Source of the DNA: Psychrobacter cryohalolentis K5
GTDB lineage: Bacteria; Pseudomonadota; Gammaproteobacteria; Pseudomonadales; Moraxellaceae
NCBI RefSeq assembly: GCF_000013905.1
Contig: NC_007969.1
Location: 2,070,001 to 2,102,000, forward strand
Length of the DNA stretch: 32,000 nucleotides
Reading direction: 5' to 3'
In this document: piece by piece, positions 28,505 to 32,000 of the stretch
Layout of the letters: each line of letters starts with the position of its first letter
Numbering within the stretch: position 1 is the stretch's first letter
Made by a program: the position numbers and the translations under genes
Notes under the pieces: model-generated
Told to the model about the DNA's origin: nothing
Databases searched by the model: none
The model's input: only the letters and a program-made list of their open reading frames with translations

Positions 28505-28815
28505 CGCAGGTTAAATATAAGTCGTAAATGACTAAATGAGTGATAAGTAGGACAAATACTTGCTAAAATAGTGAGCGCTTATTGCACAGTCGCTGTTGTC
28601 TTAAAAATAGCATGGCTATCTAATAAACTTTGATAATTTGATAAATAGTGTAGCTGATTTGGTTTTTTTTGACTATGATTAGTCGTCATTATATGTAAAA
28701 CGTCCCAACTTTTAAGATTATATTATTTATTATTCGTTTATAAAGCGCTGTAGCTGTCTAAAACAGACTTGATAGACGATATATTGCAATCCAATAGGCT
28801 CTACAAATCATAGGT

Positions 28816-31815
28816 GTGCCCTTGTTATATTCTCCGCTTTACCAAAGCATCCGTTTGATTTTATTTGGCGCGCTGGGCTTATCGAGCCTGACCGTTAGTG
28901 CCGCTATCAATCAGACTGACTCGATGATGCCTGAGCCATTGGTGACTGATAGCTCAAACCAGTATGCCGATGACGTAGCAACTGATGCTGGTTTTAATAA
29001 TGAAATCAACAATCAAGACATCAGCTATCAAAGCGACAGTCAGCAGTCAGCAGCCTATAAAAAAGCCAGTTTGAGTAGTGATGCTACTCTCAGTAATGAC
29101 GCGGCTGTAAATAACAATAATATCACTGCGATTAACGATCGTACCAAGACGAGCCAAGATAGCCGCGTTGCCCCAGTAAATACAAGCAACGCAGCAAAAG
29201 CTGGTAATCGTCGAATTGATACCAATGATGAGAGTATTCAAGAAAGCCTTAAACGTTTAGCAGAATTTTATGAGCTGACGCCAGATACGAATGTTGCAAC
29301 ATCAAACAATACAGGCACTAGCGTAAACGACGAACAAAATAATATTCAAAACAGTTTGACGCCTGTAACGACTAATATCCCAACCGTAGGTAGCAATCTG
29401 CGCTTGCTGCCACATACCGTCGATAGTGCGGCGCGCTGTGAAGGACAATGGGTTTATCCTAAGAAAAACCCTAACTATCAACGGGCTGTTAATGAAGCAA
29501 GCGCCAGTAGTGGGCAACCAGCACCCAATTTAAATGGTCTGCCCAATAATCAAGCGCCACTATTTGCAGAGTCAGATTATGGCTACTATGATAATGTCGA
29601 TTATGCCGAACTATCAGGTAATGTCATCATTGACCAAGGGACTCAGCATATTGAGGCTGAAAAAATCGTATTGGACTTAAGCAACGGGGTGGCAGCGGCG
29701 CAAGGTAAAGTGATGTTTACTGACCAAGCTACTGGCAATGTCTCTGTAAATGGTGCACAAGATCGCACTCAGCAAAATGGTAAAACTAGCCTTACTGATA
29801 AAGCAACACAAGGTGGTCTCATTGGTGTCGCTGACAATTTGAATTATAATACTGAAACAGGGCAATCTACTGCTACAAATGTTGCCTTTGCCAGTGTTGA
29901 GCTACAAGCACATGGTTATGCCAAGCGCTTAAACCGACCGAATGAGAGCCAATATGAATTGGATGAGGTCATGTATAGCACCTGCCCTCCGACCAATCGT
30001 AAGTGGCAATTTGATGCCAAAAGCATAGATTTAGACACTGAGACAGGACGCGGTGAAGCTTACAATACCACCTTCCGTATTGCTGATGTGCCTGTATTTT
30101 ATCTGCCCTATTTTAACTTTCCAATAGACAGTCGACGCGGTAGTGGCTTCTTATTGCCTAATGCAAGTATCAGTAGCGAAAACGGACTTGAAATTGATGT
30201 GCCTTATTATTTCAACCTAGCTCCCAACTATGATGCCACGCTAAGCACGCATATTTATACCACTCGTAATCCTATGCTATCTGGAGAGTTTCGTTATTTA
30301 ACAGAAAATTATGGCGAGGGTATCTTTAATGGTTCGTACTTGCCTAATGATAAAGAATACGATGGCGAAGACCGCCGCAGTTTGTTCTATGATCATTATT
30401 GGTCATCTACCAGCATCCCACGCCTAAGCGGTGAGGCCAAATACAGCTACGTATCTGATGCCGACTACCTTAATGATTTTGATACGCTAGGTTTATCAGA
30501 TAACACCTTAAACTTGCCGCGCCGAGCGCAACTGAATTATTATAATGACTATGTCGACGGCGAGCTAAAAGTAGAAACCTTCCAAACACTTGATGCGTTG
30601 AATAACAATGGGCAGATGTTGCAAGATAAAGACAAGCCTTACTCGCGCCTACCGCAGCTCAAACTTGATTACCGTCTACCTTGGGCAAAGCATTTTGATA
30701 TCACTGGCGTCAGTGACTCCGCTTATTTTAAAAAATCTATCGATGATGGTTCTGAGAATGAAAAAAGTGGCACACGTTTTTATAATAAACTCAGTGCATC
30801 TTATCCTATGGAGAACTCATGGGGTTATATCAAGCCAAAGCTAAGCTTACAACATCTGTTTACCACTTATGATGAAGATAGCTTAGTTGACAATTCACTG
30901 GATAAAGATGATGGCAGCCAGTCAGTGTTTGTCCCGCAAGCCAGTATTGATGCAGGTTTACATTTTTATCAAGCCGGCTCACCGTTTGGCGCATTTGATG
31001 ACACGTTAGGTGGTTATCGTTTACTTAGCCCGCGCCTGAAATATACTTACTCGCCTTATAGAGACCAAAACGATATTCCAAACTTTAATACTCGTATTGC
31101 CTCTATTAACTATGAGCAGTTATTCTCAGACAGCTGGTTTTTAGGGCATGATCGCTTACAAGATTTACATGCTTTTACCCCAGGTATTAACTATCGTTAC
31201 ATCGATGCAACGGGCGTGACACGTTTTGATGGTAGCATTGGTGAACAATTTTATCTCGATGATGGACGCGTTACGCTTGATAATACAAAACCTGTCTTTA
31301 CCTCATCCTCTTCAGGGCTAGTTTGGGATACCAGCACACAGCCTTATAATAATGTCTGGGTCGATGTGAGTGGCGCGCTGACCAATAGCTACGATTTAAA
31401 TTATATTACTACTGAGTTACGTTACCAGCCATCTGATAGAAGCTTATTTAATGTAGGCTTTATCAAACGTCAACGTGATGAAAATACCAACCAGTTACCA
31501 CTGTCTGCATTGACAGCGTCAGCAGTTTTCCCAATCAATAATAACTGGCGTGTACTGGCTCAAGGTCAATACGACTATAATCGCAACCAAATGCTCGATT
31601 CATTGATTGGGATCGATTATGAAGATTGCTGTTTTGGCTTTGCGGTTTATGGTCGTCGTTACTATAATGACTTGAATATTGCTGAAAAACCCACACAAGC
31701 GATTATGGCAGAAGTAAGATTAAGTGGTCTTGGCAGTGGTAGTAGCCGTTTGACACGCTTACTTGCTGATAAAGTATTAGGTTTTGAACCTGTTCAAAAT
31801 GCATGGAAAGACTAA
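28816..31815 (+). CDS. lptD: LPS-assembly outer membrane protein LptD (OstA), 999 aa
   Basis: Signal peptide LILFGALGLSSLTVSA-A. OstA_N jellyroll (LFAESDYGYYDNVDYAELSGNVIIDQGTQHIEAEKIVLD). YSTCPPTNRKWQF...VPVFYLPYFNFPIDSRRGSGFLLPN. C-terminal DYEDCCFGFAVYGRRY with the conserved Cys pair. The track start at 28816 is GTG; in-frame TTG 28822 sits 5 nt after AGGTG. Confidence 0.95.
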   Translation: MPLLYSPLYQSIRLILFGALGLSSLTVSAAINQTDSMMPEPLVTDSSNQYADDVATDAGFNNEINNQDISYQSDSQQSAAYKKASLSSDATLSNDAAVNNNNITAINDRTKTSQDSRVAPVNTSNAAKAGNRRIDTNDESIQESLKRLAEFYELTPDTNVATSNNTGTSVNDEQNNIQNSLTPVTTNIPTVGSNLRLLPHTVDSAARCEGQWVYPKKNPNYQRAVNEASASSGQPAPNLNGLPNNQAPLFAESDYGYYDNVDYAELSGNVIIDQGTQHIEAEKIVLDLSNGVAAAQGKVMFTDQATGNVSVNGAQDRTQQNGKTSLTDKATQGGLIGVADNLNYNTETGQSTATNVAFASVELQAHGYAKRLNRPNESQYELDEVMYSTCPPTNRKWQFDAKSIDLDTETGRGEAYNTTFRIADVPVFYLPYFNFPIDSRRGSGFLLPNASISSENGLEIDVPYYFNLAPNYDATLSTHIYTTRNPMLSGEFRYLTENYGEGIFNGSYLPNDKEYDGEDRRSLFYDHYWSSTSIPRLSGEAKYSYVSDADYLNDFDTLGLSDNTLNLPRRAQLNYYNDYVDGELKVETFQTLDALNNNGQMLQDKDKPYSRLPQLKLDYRLPWAKHFDITGVSDSAYFKKSIDDGSENEKSGTRFYNKLSASYPMENSWGYIKPKLSLQHLFTTYDEDSLVDNSLDKDDGSQSVFVPQASIDAGLHFYQAGSPFGAFDDTLGGYRLLSPRLKYTYSPYRDQNDIPNFNTRIASINYEQLFSDSWFLGHDRLQDLHAFTPGINYRYIDATGVTRFDGSIGEQFYLDDGRVTLDNTKPVFTSSSSGLVWDTSTQPYNNVWVDVSGALTNSYDLNYITTELRYQPSDRSLFNVGFIKRQRDENTNQLPLSALTASAVFPINNNWRVLAQGQYDYNRNQMLDSLIGIDYEDCCFGFAVYGRRYYNDLNIAEKPTQAIMAEVRLSGLGSGSSRLTRLLADKVLGFEPVQNAWKD

Positions 31816-32000
31816 TAACATGATAAGAGACAAGCCTAATTTATAGCCTAGTATGTATGGTATAAACTGGTTTGCATTCTATTATAAACAACCCTAGCTA
31901 ATACTTTAGTATTAACATTATTTGATGCTAAAGCAGTGGCTAGTGGATTTAACCGATTACCATCCGATGCAATGACATTGATGAGGAGCATCATGAGATT

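Noticed and set aside
28629-28641. 13-mer TTTGATAATTTGA shared between the lptD/amgK divergent region and 18028-18040
   Set aside because: By rough estimate, a handful of identical AT-rich 13-mers is expected by chance in 32 kb on both strands, and the flanks show no extended similarity.
31993-32000. Possible start of surA (GAGGAG then ATG 31993), as expected from lptD-surA synteny
   Set aside because: Only 8 nt of putative coding sequence lie in the window, so nothing can be verified.

Overview
This window looks like core chromosome from an AT-rich gammaproteobacterium. Synteny (obg-proB, amgK-murU divergent from lptD), a Coq7-type ubiquinone hydroxylase and a short-Q-loop bd oxidase suggest Pseudomonadales/Moraxellaceae, possibly Psychrobacter-like. 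That placement is inference only. I can support 18 protein genes. On the minus strand: proB (partial, missing from the ORF track), obg, a long-form GAPDH, an N-terminally extended lipocalin, a Nudix/ThiE-like fusion, tamB, tamA, murU and amgK. On the plus strand: hemP, an LplT-like MFS transporter, coq7, a Sel1-like secreted protein, a large lipoprotein alpha/beta-hydrolase, cydA/cydB, an unlisted 38-aa membrane peptide, and lptD. I also call a Fur box overlapping a sigma70-like promoter at hemP and four hairpin terminators. I saw no rRNA, tRNA, CRISPR array, transposase, integrase, phage gene or recognisable defence or toxin gene. I do not find a convincing self-contained novel multi-gene system here. 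The best leads are single-gene oddities. (1) The outer-membrane biogenesis proteins are very large: TamA 1126 aa, TamB 1667 aa and LptD 999 aa. TamB contains a tandem 106-codon duplication with an exact 318-bp period. (2) A lipocalin carries a 144-codon open N-terminal extension plus a TM segment. (3) hemP is an orphan gene with its own Fur-overlapped promoter and terminator. (4) An uncharacterised secreted Sel1-like protein and an 879-aa lipoprotein hydrolase sit between unusually long AT-rich spacers. (5) A DUF2474-like mini-ORF and a structured leader flank the bd oxidase operon. Comparisons to other organisms are from memory and need database confirmation.
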